Shown here piece after piece: positions 1 to 13,732 of a stretch of DNA of 64,000 bases. The first letter of the stretch is position 1; each line of letters starts with the position of its first letter. The notes beneath the pieces were generated by a model. It was not told where the DNA came from. It saw nothing but the letters and a program-made list of their open reading frames with translations, and made no database searches. The stretch spans positions 10,722,789-10,786,788 of the forward strand of contig NW_003526943.1 of NCBI RefSeq assembly GCF_000181795.1. The letters are read 5' to 3'. The stretch comes from Trichinella spiralis (lineage: Eukaryota). The position numbers and the translations under genes were made by a program.

Positions 1-638
1 TTTTGACTAACTTTAAATATTATTTCTTTCATATAGGTTTTCTGAATGATGAATTTCTATTAAAATTATATTTCCTTTTATAATGCAATGAACATCTTTT
101 ATTATTTTCTTACTGTAATTGCTGTTTCTTACTGTTGGACTATTGCTTCTGTTTCTTTCTGTTAAATCTGCTTTAGTTGGGTAAGTTTTTAGTTATTGTT
201 ACGGTAGTATAAATACTTGCAGAAAACTTTATTTAATTCTTACTTTGTGTTTATGACGGAATGCAGTTCTGAATTGATCTTACTACACACAAAGTTAAAA
301 ATTATATTTGAAAAAAATACATAAAATTGTTTTTTTGTGAATATGGTAAATTATCCTAATTCAGTAAAATTATCGCATTTGTTTCTTTAATAATGTGTTT
401 TATTTATCAGTTGCAATCAGTATGGAATTTTTTTTATTAGTATTTATTTTCATACTTTCTTTCTACATTTATGGGCAATGCATGATTTTTTATTTATTGA
501 AATAGAGAGTATTTTTTAGGTAAAATGAGCAAAATCAAAAATTTATATAGATTTTCACCTTATTTTTAGACGTTTTATTTTTTAAATAAAGATTAATTTT
601 ATCATAACCTTATTTTATAGTATTTGAAAAGTTTTAGA

Positions 639-1436
639 ATGAGTTCCAAAAATTTGTTGCAAGAGGATTTCTCGGATTCTGAAGATGATCAGGAGTATGT
701 TCCTTCTGAATGTTCCGAAAATACCTTGGAAGATGAATCTACAGACGCAGAAGAAACTGAAGACGTAGGGGCATATTCGTTAGAAAGTTCTAGTAAGGCT
801 AAATCATTGTTAGATGAATGGAAGAATGAATTTATTGAGAAATTATCTTCAAATTCACGGTAGGTGGGTTTATTTTTAATTTTTGAAGTTTCTAATGATC
901 GTTTATATTAAGCGATAGCGGACTAAATATTAGTGGAACAGGTGATTGTGCTGGAAATGCGGTTCATTCTGAAAGCAGCCCAAATGGTACGTTAATGAAT
1001 TAATTATTGGTATATATAAAAGATTGTTTCAGACAAAGAAAAAGCAAAAGAAACAAATTTCTCTTCTGAACCAGAGTCACTGAATGCAAAAGGAAACATT
1101 GTGGAGAAATGTGAGAGACAAGACGATTCCAAATGCGTAAATCAAAAGCGACATCTGTCTTCAGAAAAAGATGCAGGTAGTTTGGAAATAAACTGTTTAC
1201 CTGGTGGCGTTGATGAAGTTTTGGGTATTTTGGGCAAAAAGAAGAAAATGAATAGTTTGGATGCATCTCGAATGCTTTGGAATACGTTCAAAGAGGAAAA
1301 CAGCCTTGAAGAAGATCTTTCCCAGCATAACAAGGGACGCGATAACTATTTGGATAAGCAAGAGTTTTTATATCGAAGCGATTTGAAGCAATTTGAAATT
1401 GAAAAAAAATTGCGCCAAATGCCACGTCCGAGTTGA
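639..1436 (+). CDS. CFDP1: Craniofacial development protein 1 / Bucentaur (Swc5-like SWR1 complex subunit), 3 exons
   Basis: Exons 639-859, 913-986 and 1033-1436 join in frame through GT-AG introns (699 nt). The N-terminus is acidic (DSEDDQEYVP). The C-terminus is a BCNT domain (KKKMNSLDASRMLWNTFKEENSLEEDLSQHNKGRDNYLDKQEFLYRSDLKQFEIEK). Confidence 0.9.
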
Positions 1437-2160
1437 TTTGCCTGATTCAGTGTGATGATATGTTATGAAGTATTCTTTCCCCTATGCGGAGCTATGTATT
1501 GCAATTTATTTTTGAATTGTAAAATGTTTTTCTTGTTTAATTTTTAAGTTCAGACGGAAATAAAATAAACATGAAAATATGGGATGAAGTGTATTAAGCA
1601 ATGAATATGTTTTGTCTGTTTTTGGGTTGTTTCATGTTTAGAATTTTGTTTTATTAAGTTCATTGTTAATATTTGTTTTTTTCGTTTAATTGCAGAATGT
1701 AATAAAGAATAAATTGCCAAATAACAGTTTTTGCGCTACTGTTTTTATTTGAACCTACTTTTATAAATAGTTACTGTAGATTTTTACAGATTAGGTTTTT
1801 GATCAAGTGTGGATTCATTTGGAGAAATGAAAAAAAAAGAGTCGATTTTTGAGTATTTGAAGATAATATTGTAATTATAAATAAAATATTCATGATTTTA
1901 AATTTTAACTAGTATATTATTTATAATTCATAGCGCTTGCATGTTTTGACTGATTATTTCGAATGTTATAAATTGATTCGTTTATAGATAATTTTTATAG
2001 ATTAAAGGATGTTTTTTAATAGCACTGCTTGAATTTTCAGTGAGTGATAAAATGTTAGTAAGTAATCTTTTTTATTTTTTAGAAAGTCTTTTAGTTCCGC
2101 CTTTGGCTTGTTTTAAGCATCGTATATGGTTAGCTGTTTATTTACCGTTTAGATCTTAAA

Positions 2161-5100
2161 ATGACTACGTCTTACCATAAAGAATCTAGTCCGACGGAGG
2201 TGAATTTTTTCATGATTCGCCATGCACTTGCTGCAAATCATAAAGTATTTGTAATTTTACGCGGACTTCCGGGTAGTGGAAAGTCTACATTGGCAAGGTT
2301 AGATTATTTTTCTCGGATAACAGTAAGCAGGTCATTTGTGAATTTTAGAAATTTAGCAAAAATGAACAATAATTCATCAATCTGGTGTGCTGATGATTAC
2401 TTTGTTGATTCGGGTGGAATTTACAGATTTAATCCAGATCAGCTTGAAAATGCACACAATTGGTGTTTTGAAGGAGGTGATATTTTTTTCAGATTTGTTT
2501 TTATCATAATAAATTTTTCTTACAGCTGTGAGCGCCATAAGAAAAAGTCAAACTTTGGTGATTGTTGATAACACAAATATTCACCGATGGGAAATGAAGC
2601 GCTATGTATTATCGGTAAGATATTATTTTTCATTTTTGACTTAAATTGCTGAAAATTGCTTGTGCTCAAATTTACCGCCATTTTACTATGATGTACGTTT
2701 TATTAACTTGAATTTCAGTGTTTTTGATTTACTTAATTCGCAAATTTTTAATATTTTTTCCTTTGAGAATGGTATCAATTCGCATTGAAATGATATTTTT
2801 GACTACGATTTAAGTAATTTGTTGATATTGTAGTTTATAAATCAGTAGATACAGGAAAATGATGCAAGTAAATAATGGTTGTTGTGGTATTGTACAGAAT
2901 TTTTCTAATTGCGCATATTTTTTTTACTTGAATTTGAGCGCTTTTTCAAAACTAAAGTTACATTTAATTATGTTCAGTAATTTTTTAAACTTGCATTTGA
3001 TATATTTAATTTTTGCAGTAGTAAACTGTTGAGTTGGTGAAGAATAAATATTTAAGTTGAATTTTTAAAATGAATTAACAAGAGCAAAGATTGAATTCAC
3101 ATCTTCTTTTGTAATATATTTTTTTTTCTGACAAAAAATTTAATCACAAATGTACCTGAACATCAGTTACTATGGTAAGATGAAGGAATGTTCCAAATTG
3201 TTCAATCTTTAATGCCTAAAATATGTGAAACTCAAAGTTTGAGAAGTTAACAGCCTAGTGCCTGAATGAGTTTAAAAATGTGCAGATGTAATAGGGAATA
3301 CAATTATTTTCAGATGTGAAATTTCGTTCATTTGTTATTTTATAGGCGTACAGAGCAGGTTATGAAATATTTTTCGTCGAGCCGGATACTAAATGGAAAT
3401 TTGATGCAGCAGCATGTTTTCGGTATATTTTTTGACTGAATAAACGAATCGACTAATTTTGCACCGTTTCAGAAGAAATTCCCATGGTGTACCGTATTTT
3501 ACAATTCAGCGCATGCTGGACAATTATGAGAGAAATGTTACGTTGGAAGACTTTTTGTCACCAGATTTCCAAGTGTGGTAAGTCTTTTTAATTTTCACTG
3601 AATTGTTATGTGTAATAATAAAAAAAAGAAAAGAAATCAGTAGTAGCTGTACCAACTGCATCGAGTTATATGAATTTTATGGAGGAATATATTCAAAGTT
3701 ATGATTTTGTTGTACTTTTCTTGTTTAATGTTTGACAGGAAGATGTAATAGTTGCATGTATGTTATGTAGTGCCAATTTCAGTGATGGTAAGCAACCAAG
3801 CTCATCAACAAAGAATTGGTTCAACACAAGTGACGTAAAACGTGAACCAAGTAACCAGAAGGGGGATGGTTTTGAGAAGCGTTTCAGTGAATTTTCCATC
3901 GTCTCGAATAGTAAATATTAAAAATAATTTTGTTCTTATCATATTCTTTGTGCGTGTTTGTGTTTTCTGAAGTTATTTGCTCTTTTTATTTCAAGGCAAA
4001 GCTCAAGCGAATTGTTTATCATCAGTTACAGTAGCGGATGTTGGATTGCAAGTAACGGAAAAGTTGATCACGCTGGCCAGCACAGCCCATTGGCGTGCGT
4101 CGGACGCCTGCAATGGGGCGGATGAAGTACACCGGAGCAATGAGCGGCGGGTGCTCAGGGGTCGGTGTAAAAATGGAACCGACGCTGAAGTGGACGCGAC
4201 GCGTGCATCGGCTGAAGATGCGCGTGAAATTTTGTACAACTGCTTTCCAGATTTGGCAAGGCAAGATTTGGATTACATTTTCACTACCTGCGAGAATGAT
4301 CTACAATGGACCATCAACGTATTGTTGGATTCGGGCCACGATGGCAACTGGAAGCCTGCCCAGTTGCAGCTGAATGATACTCCATCGATTGATCAACAGG
4401 AACAGCAACATCAAGTGGAAGCTGAACCTGCTGGAGATTTACAAGCATTATTTGAAGATGATGAATCTTATCAGTGCAATTTTCAGATCAGCAGTGAAAT
4501 GGCTTTTCAGTTGCAACATTTGTTTGGTTTTGTCCATCCGAACATTTCTTCAGGTAAAATTTTGATCAGTTTCCTTTTTTTGGCAATTTTAATTATTGCA
4601 TCGTTTGCTTTTGTAGATTTGCTAATGCCTCATCAGTTGAACGTTAAAATGCCATTAAAGTTGGCTTTTTCTTTATATCAGTGTTGGGCTAACACACAGG
4701 CTACAATGACGGAAAACTCAGATGAAAATTCTACAGATTTTTTGTATCGTATGTTGTTTTTCAAAGTATTTTTTTGCTGTTGTTTTTCTAAACTACTGAT
4801 TAATAATTTTAACAGAAGAAGAAGTGGAATTTAAAAATGATGAAAATTATGCTTCTGTTGTTGCTACTGAATCTGAAACAGCTTGGGTAAATTATTATAA
4901 TTTGGATATTCAAGTTGATATTTCATGTTGATTTTAGGCTCCATCTGCTTATCATCCAGATTCATTGTCATCAAAGATGAAATTGAAATGTTTGTATGAA
5001 CTTTTTCCTGATCTGAATGAAAATTTTTTGGAAAGTCTTTTTCTTTCCAATAAGTAAGAATCATTATGTTTGGGTTTTTAATGCATTTATGTTGATTTAC

Positions 5101-6271
5101 CTTGATTTGATTGGTTTTGTCATTGCCGATTTTCAGCTGTCAGCTTTCACCTACGGTTGAAGTGATTTGTGAATCTTTGGAGATTCCTAAGCCAGATTTG
5201 GAATCGTTGAGTTTTCCTTCAAATAGCAGCTCTTCTACGATGAATGGAACAGAATTTCAGGTGATTAAATAATACTGAGCACTTTTGAAAAGTGACGGTT
5301 GTTTTTTAATAAAAAGTTATTGCAGTTAATTTGTATATTTGATGCGTGATTTTTTATTTGCTAATTTTGTTTTCAGAGCGAACTGTCATCAGAATCTTCG
5401 TCAACTGTAGCTGATTGTAAAAAATTGCGAGAAGAAGCGAGAAATCATCAGAAAAATCGTATAATGAATTTTCAAAAAGCCCAAGACGCTTACCGTCGTG
5501 GGATGAAAACTGTTGCTTGGCATTATGCTCAGAAGGGTCATTTGTATCATCGGAAAGCTAAAGAAGCGGATCAACAAGCAGCTGAAAAAATAATTGAACA
5601 CCAGTACTTGCTAATTTAAATATACAATCAAATATGTTTTGCAATTGATTTTTTACATATTTTCACTTTTCAGCAACTCAGTACATCCGATCAACGTTGT
5701 TGATTTGCATGGTCTGCATGTTTCAGAAGCGATTTCTTACGTTGCAAAATCTCTTCGTCGTGTAATTGAAAGTGAGCAATAAATTTTTAGAATTGATGAA
5801 TAGAACGATGAAGATTTTATGTTCATTTTTGTAAAGAATTCCATTTACATCAAGCGAAACATTGTTTGATATTGTAATTCGAATTGTACTTTAATTTACT
5901 TTTGAAAGTTTTTTAATGTTATTCTCAACTTTATTCAGCAAAATTTATATTGTAGATAAAGCTGTTTAATAGTGATTTTTAAACAAGTCATATTTGTAAT
6001 TTTGTGCACAGCTTCATATTGTACAATGATATATAAATGATGAGTTTAGGTACGTCACTGAATGAGGTTAAAATTATTACTGGACAAGGAAATCATTCGA
6101 TTGAAGGTCCTCGATTGAAGCCGGCTGTGTTGCGCTATTTGAAGTGCCGAAATTTGAAGTAACGTTAACAACTTTAGTGATAAAATAGCATTTTCATATT
6201 TTATTTTATTTTATTTTTTCAGTTTTTACGAATCAAATCCAGGAATGATTATAGTACAGATAAAGCGTTGA
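2161..6271 (+). CDS. N4BP2: NEDD4-binding protein 2-like (P-loop polynucleotide kinase + CUE-like + DUF1771 + Smr domain), multi-exon
   Basis: Kinase motifs ILRGLPGSGKSTLAR, CADDYF, VIVDNTNIHRWEMKRY, VEPDTKWKF and RNSHGVP are spread over successive exons. CUE-like segments follow (LYNCFPDL; LYELFPDL), then DUF1771 (FQKAQDAYRRG..AWHYAQKGH). The Smr domain reads VVDLHGLHVSEA ... IITGQGNHSIEGPRLKPAVLRYL. Stop TGA at 6269-6271. Some central exon boundaries are uncertain. Confidence 0.88.
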
Positions 6272-6616
6272 AATTTGCAAAGGAAATTTTTGTGCTTGGT
6301 CGACAGACAGTTGGATTATGGATTAAAATATGATAGTGTCAAGAAATTGAAAATACACTTATTGACAAATATTATGTTAATTATTGTTTTTTGTTTTGCA
6401 CAATATTTTTGTTATCACTATTATTTGTTTTTGTTTCAAATAGAAATAAGAATCAAAGCTTTTGTTTTTCAATTCCGCTTGGTATTACTACCAGTGAAAA
6501 ATTATTGTATATTTGATATTTTATTATTTCATATAATTTTTTTAAGCGGAAGAAGATTGTTTGATTTGAAAAATTTCCAGATTAATTTAACGATTGTTGA
6601 AGGAAATTTGGGAAAA

Positions 6617-8776
6617 ATGCCGCGTGAGATGATTACTGTTCAGCTTGGCCAGTGCGGAAATCAGATTGGTTCCGAATTTTGGAAAACGCTTTGCGCAGAG
6701 CATGGCATTTCTCCAGGTTTTTCAATTAAATTTTCTTCATCTCTTTTTATTTAGTGAACCACTTTTTTTGTTGTAAACTTTATTTCTGAAATTTATGATT
6801 TGCATGTTTTTTTCTAGCCTTGGATTCAGGATATCATTTTTTTTCTGTTGCTATTTCAGAGGGTGTGCTGGAAAATTATGCAGCGGATACGGAAGATCGA
6901 AAGGACATTTACTTTTACCAGGCTGACGATGAGCATTATATTCCTCGGGCAGTTTTGATTGATTTGGAACCACGAGTAATTCAGTCGATTTTGAATTCAC
7001 CATACGCAAAGTTGTACAATCCGGAGAACATTTTTCTGTCGAAAGATGGAGGTGGTGCAGGCAACAATTGGACCAGTGGCTTTTCGCAGGCATAATAATA
7101 ATAATAATATTTAATATCTGTTGCGTGAGAAATTGTTAATTAAAATCAATTATTTTTCAGGGTGAACTCGTTTATGAGAAAATTTTCGACATTTTGGATC
7201 GAGAAGTGGAAAATAGCGATCGTCTGGAGGTGTAGTATTATTGGTAATTGATCTCTATTTTAAGTTTCTAACTAAATTTTTTTTGAGGGTTTTGTTCTTT
7301 GTCATTCTATTGCTGGTGGAACTGGTTCAGGCCTTGGCTCGTATATTCTGGAAAGATTTGGAGATAGGTATATATATATTTTTTTTTTAATTATTGTTGT
7401 TTTTTTTTAAATTTAACAAATTGCTTTATTTTAGATTTCCAAAGAAACTTATACAAACTTATTCTGTTTTTCCCAATCAAGATGAAGCGAGCGATGTTGT
7501 TGTTCAGCCTTACAATTCACTGCTAACTTTGAAACGTCTTGCTCAGAATAGCGATTGTGTGGTAATGAATTTGTGTTTTTTTGTCTTGTATCTGCATTCA
7601 ATCAGAAATGTATATATTGAATTTTAGGTGGTTTTGGACAACACTGCTTTGAACAGAATAGCTGTTGAACGTCTGCACATTGATACTCCATCTTTCAGTC
7701 AGATTAACTCATTGGTTCGTTCTTTTTTTTTAAATTATCAATTTGTCAATTTACATTTTACTTCTTTCAGGTATCTACTATAATGTCTGCAAGCACTTCA
7801 ACTCTTCGCTATCCTGGTTATATGGACAACAATTTGTTGAGCTTACTATCTTCATTGATACCATCATTGAAGTTGCATTTTCTGATCACAGGCTACACTC
7901 CGTTAACCACGGATGCTAATGTACGAATTTGTGTTTATTTCAAATTTATCCAATCCAATAGCAGATTTAATTTGAATATTTGTTTTTTTCTTCTCCTTAT
8001 CAGGTTACCAATATTCGCAAAACCAGTGTAATGGATGTGATGCGTCGTCTTTTGCAGCCTGAGAATATGATGGTCTCTAACATTCCGTTGAAAAGCAAGA
8101 ACGCCGAGCACTGTTACATTTCCATCTTGAACATTATTCAAGGTGATGTGGATCCGTCTTCGGTAAGGTCCTTCTTGCTCTCTTCAAATGTTTGCCGATT
8201 CAATTAGTATTGACGAATTGTTTCATGTTTTTTTTTACAGGTGCAGAAAAGCATATTGCGCCTTCGTGAGCGTAAGTTGATTCAGTTTATTCCGTGGGCT
8301 CCAGCATCCGTGCACGTAGCCTTGTCTCAAAAATCACCATTTGTGCAAACGGCTAATCGAATATCCGGATTAATGTTGGCCAATCACACAGCTATCAGTG
8401 CAGTATGCTAATTTTTCACTAAAAGTTGTTTTTCTTGTATTTGCATTATTTGTACATCTTTTTCCCCGTTAGCTGTTCGAAAGAACTCAAAGTCAGTATG
8501 AGAAATTGCGAAAAAAGAGGGCATTTTTGGAGCAGTTTAAGCATGAAGTCATTGGTGAAAATTACGAAGAGCTTGACTCAAGTTTAGAAGTGGTTCAGAA
8601 TCTGGCCGAAGAATACAAAGTAGCTGCAACTTCTAACTACTTAAATTTTGGTTTGGACAAAGTAAGAAAAAACTGAAATTGTGTTTTTATTTATTATTTT
8701 ATTTTTATGTGCATTTTGAATGCAATGTTTTCAGATTGTTCAATCAATGCCTAATACGTTCGAAATGAGACGCTGA
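6617..8776 (+). CDS. tbg-1: Gamma-tubulin, 11 exons
   Basis: Motifs [58 protein letters not shown] and [16 protein letters not shown]. Exons: 6617-6716, 6860-7089, 7161-7229, 7288-7367, 7435-7561, 7628-7714, 7771-7920, 8004-8162, 8241-8402, 8473-8661, 8735-8776. Confidence 0.96.
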
Positions 8777-11700
8777 TTTACCTCATTTATACAAAATGTC
8801 ATCATGCGTGAATTCTGTCATAATATATAATAATAAAAGAACAATAAAACATGCAACAAACAATGTTTGATTGTCTGCTCATCTTTTTCATATTATTTGA
8901 TGCGTCTGTTTTATTTTATTTGTATTTTTTTATAAATACAGAAATAAGCTGAAGTTTTACAAAGTGATGTTTGAACGCCCATATTTTTGCATCAAAATTA
9001 AAAAAAATTTTTGTTTTTAAATCTCATGTAGTTGGAAATTTTCCACTATTAATTGAAACAAAGGATTGTTTTAGTATTTCAAAATGCTCTTAAAAATTAT
9101 GCCAAACGTACGAAAATTGTTTTGAAATATTTGTTAGACAGTATTATCATTTAATCTTGCTGATCAAAAAGTATCTACGGTACTTTTTACAGTCATTTTT
9201 TCGATGTGTTATGCGTGTTCTCGTTATGAATAAATTGGTATTTGTGGAATAAATTACATTGTTGGTAGTTTATAGAATAGGAAAGGCTATTTTTTCTCAC
9301 TCAAAAAAAACTGACCAAACGAAAGTTCATTAATTTCCCCCGAGCGGTGGAGAAATGCTCTTTACTTGAGCATCGAAATTGAACCTTTTCGAACAAAATT
9401 AATGTTGCATGAGGAAATAGTTGTTCGTTTCTGCTCAGAACTATAATTTTTATTTTTAAAATGTGAATTACATGTTTGTTTAATGAAAATTTATTTACAA
9501 GAGCGCTCTACGTGTGCAACAGTTAATTCGCCACAATAATAATCCTAGCCTTGTTCTTAATATGCCAACAATAATTAACTCGCTTAAAAGAAGCTTTCAA
9601 TCATAAGTTATGGATAAAAATATTTTCTGATCACAATTTTATTCTCTTTGTCAATTATTCATTGCCCGAAGTAGTTCGTGATTGAGTTTTAATTTTTCAC
9701 GCAAGATTAACTGCTGCCAAGAATGCAAAAATGAGTGCAAATTTGAAGCTTAGAATTAAGAAGAAAAAAAATAATCCTGAACGTCTATGAGTTGCTTAAA
9801 AACAGAATTGCGACTATGTAAATTCATTCATCATTCACAGATTGTTTCTTCATTTGTCAGTGCAATTTTAAATCAAATGGTCGTTTAATCTGATTTCTGT
9901 TTTTGTTTAAATAGCATATTACTTCTGTTGTTTAATAATAAATAAATAAAAAAGGAAAAACGTGAAAAGTTTGCTTTTGCGATCAGCAACGATGAATTGA
10001 AAAGCTGATCTGGATGTGGACGAGCGACATGTGCAGTAGTGGTTCGTTCATTTTAGCCTGTTGGCAATTGTTTAATTGAATTTTTTGTATGCATTGGTCG
10101 TTTCCGTCTTCTGCTTGGAAAAAGCAATAAAAGCAAGAAGCAGCAATGTTTGAGAAATTTATTGACGTCTCATAAGAGCTTGTTCGATGAGAAATTAGAA
10201 ATTTAATCACATTATTGCAAGCTGCACTTTAAAACGTTTATTTTAACGGTCTCATAAACATCAAGATAATGCCAACCAGAATAATTAATCTTGATGGGTT
10301 TTTAATTTTTTCATCTTTTTTACAAAAATTAACGAAAAATTTAAGTAAAAATTTATCCATCTACAATTATTATTATTATTATTATTGATAATTATTTTTC
10401 TGTTTTGTTTGAATCCAGATGACGTCATAAATTTAATATTTATTTATGCATAGTTTTACAACATTATCAAATAAATATTAATATCTGCATCGAAGACGAC
10501 AGATAATGAAAATATGTATGACAGTTAGTGAAATAAGAAAGCAAAAATTGCTTATTAGAATTGCAAATTATTGTTATTTGATTATGTAAAGCTTATCAGT
10601 AACCAGTAATTAAAAAAGTGCGATAACAGAGCAGTAGGCTATTCAAATGAACAATTACAATAAGATGAAAATTTTTACTATTAAAAAGTACTTCATTCAA
10701 TTGAACTAGGACTGTTAACTTTAATTTCATTTATCATATACGGCGCTCAGTTTAATTTTTTCCCACTTTTTAATAACTGAAATCAATAAGTGCATATTGC
10801 ATTATACATTGCCAACATTTCGTTTGTAAACCTTTTTAAACATGTAATAACTATTTCCAAACAAACATTATTTGTAATAATGATCACATATTAAACAAAT
10901 TCTCTTCCATATAAATATTTTTTATGTACATAAAGTTTTATATTAAGACTGCTAAGCATATTTTCAAAAAAATTTTTCTTAGATCATGTTTTTTAAAATT
11001 TAATCATATTTTGTTGCGTTTGACATCAAAACAATAAAAGAAAGTAAATATTTAATATCGTTAAATTTTATTTAATGATTTCAAAAATGGGAGTATATTT
11101 TTCACTAAATTTAGAAACACACTATCAGTTCAAATATTGGTTTTATTATTTTTTCATGTTAATAGTAGTGTGCATAAATTTAAACTTAAAATTATTTATG
11201 CTTTTAATACTAATATAGTTTTATTCAATTAAATTGTATCAAATGCATAAGAAAAGTGAAAAATTTTATCATATTCACTGATGAATGCATAATTTTTGCA
11301 GTTTTAAAATTATTCATAAACACACACAATTATTCAATAATAAAACAATGAATTGATTCTGCTATTTAATAATTCGAATTAATTTTTTTACTGATAAAAC
11401 AATAATAGTTATTCTTTAAAAAATTACAATATTCTTTTTATTACTGCTTGACTGAGTTGAAAAGGAAATTTGAAATTTTGAAATATAAATTTATTCAAAG
11501 CTTCAATTTCTTCTTAAAATGAAAATTAAGCTATACTCATAAAGTAAATATAAAATGACGAATATGAATGATTGTTTGTGTGAATGTGTGGATAAGTACT
11601 CTGATCAGTATCACAAATATTTGCAGGATACATGTAAAAACATTAAAAAATGAGAAACGTATACTGTCATTCTTGGTCTATTTTTAAAGCATTACCTTAA

Positions 11701-13564
11701 TAATAATAATAATAACAATAATAAATTTTAAAATTAAAAATATAGAACAGTATACGTATTAGGAATTATTGCACAATTGACTAATGCATTTCAATTTAAA
11801 GAATCCGTTAGAGCCCGTTTATCCGTTTGAATTTTTTAAATAGATTTAAATGAAGATTATAGCAGAACAATAAAATTAATGTACACGACATTTCGATGAT
11901 GCAAGCGGGTGATGAATGTGGAATACAAATTGCACATATTTATTAAAAAGAGTTTATACGACAATTACATTAATGCTATTTATTTATTATTAATAAGTGA
12001 TAAATAAATGAGCAGTTGTTGAAACCAAGACGTCATTTGTCATTGCTGCAAATGATTCATTTGAATAAATATTAATTAGCAATATTTTACATGGAAAAAG
12101 CATGCAGGTTGGTTTTCTTTTTCTTTTTTTACAATAATAGACTGCACATATTTTAAAGTACTTCTTTATTCTGTTGACCATTATCTCATCAGACAATAAT
12201 ACTTTTTGTTTCTTTTTTATTTGAAAGCTTATTAATGAGCAATGGCAAAATTATTCAAGCTGAATTCATCTGCAATCTATTTACAAAAGGAACTCATTTA
12301 ATACATTTTTTATTATTTCTTAAAAATTGAAATTTGAATTCACTTTTTGTAATAAATCATGAATAAAAAAGCTTGTTAAAGTTAATAAACAGATAATCAT
12401 CCAGCAAAATGTGGATATATTTTTAAATGCATAATATGCTGAAAAAGCAATTATTTTATAAATTATTGCTATTATTGCTTTATTCCAAACAATGAGAAGC
12501 TTAAATTCACAGTAATAATGGTAAGAAATTTTAGTTTTAGAAAGAAATGTTAATTTTCAATGGTGAATAGAATTAATTCGACAGCAATTATATTTTTGCA
12601 GAAAATACAAAATATGTTTAATTTATCACAAGTTAGAAGAATATATTTTATAAAACTTTCTTTATTGTTTAATCTTTTCAAAGGTCACTTTCTGCTAGTT
12701 ATTATTATTATTATTTTAGCAAAAGGATTATAAAAATGCTTTCTTATTAAAGGAGAAAGAAATTAATGAAAAAATTAACATCCTAAAGGCATGCTTATAG
12801 TGTAAAATTTCCTTTTTCATTTGATATCCTTTATATGGGTCTATTAATGAAAAGAAAGCAACATTTTTACATTAAAATTTTCAAATCACAATTGAACATA
12901 TTAAATGAACTATAATTCAATAATTTTGCAAGAAATTTTCCTTCCATCCAGTCGCATTCCAATTGACAATCACTCGAAAATTTGACAACAACAAAAATTT
13001 ACTTTTGCAAAGTTGAAAAATTCATTTTACCACATCCACATCAATAAAGTATGTAGCATAAAAATATTTCAAAGTCAGTATTATCCATATTTATAATATT
13101 GAATATTTTTTGCTGTTTGAATGCAAAGCAACAGAATGTGAAGTGCTTTGTCAGGGTCACTTCCTATTCAAGATAAGAGGGACAATTCTTTTCTTTCTAA
13201 CTAATTTCCTCTTTTTTTGTCGTAAAGCAATTTCATTTTATTGAAGCAGAAAAAACTGACGTGAAAGTTTGTCGATGACCAAGTAAAAAAATCTATTTCT
13301 AAAGAAGCAATTGTGAAGGCAATCAAAAAATTAGTCAGAAAATTGTTTAATGTTTTCTGCATATGTTTTAAAGTTTATTAAAGCTTATTCCAGGATATAA
13401 TTAAAATCTATTCTATTTTGCATATGTTCTTATGGTTGTTCTTTTTTCTTGATTATTAATATTTTTATTATTTTCAATTTAAGATCAATTGTTATTCAAG
13501 CAAGCAAGCAGTGAACGCCACCAAACTGAAGTCAGCTTTGAATTTCTGCATCAATTTTACAAAT

Positions 13565-13633
13565 TGACGAATCAACGTCCGCACGCTACACCAATGATTG
13601 GCAAGCTGCCCTCAGAGCCATCGGTATATATAA
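13565..13633 (+). promoter_or_regulatory. Putative core promoter of the neuropeptide gene
   Basis: A TGACG half-site near 13565, back-to-back CCAAT boxes (CCAATGATTGG, 13591-13601) and TATATATAA (13625-13633) lie about 100 nt upstream of ATG 13733. Confidence 0.45.
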
Positions 13634-13732
13634 CTGTTGAACTTGATGAACAATGGGTGGTTTTATCCTTGGAAAGCTTTTTGCCCATTCAATTTGAAAA
13701 TTCCACATTTTCATTCTTGAACAATTGAAAGC

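Noticed and set aside
6275..6616. 114-codon N-terminal extension of gamma-tubulin in the ORF track
   Set aside because: It starts at TTG and is F/I/L-rich translation of an AT-rich spacer. The conserved MPRE start is at 6617.
9333..10055. Short hairpins at about 9333-9373 and 9981-10055
   Set aside because: The stems are too short or imperfect for pre-miRNAs, with no Sm site, tRNA fold or recognisable family.
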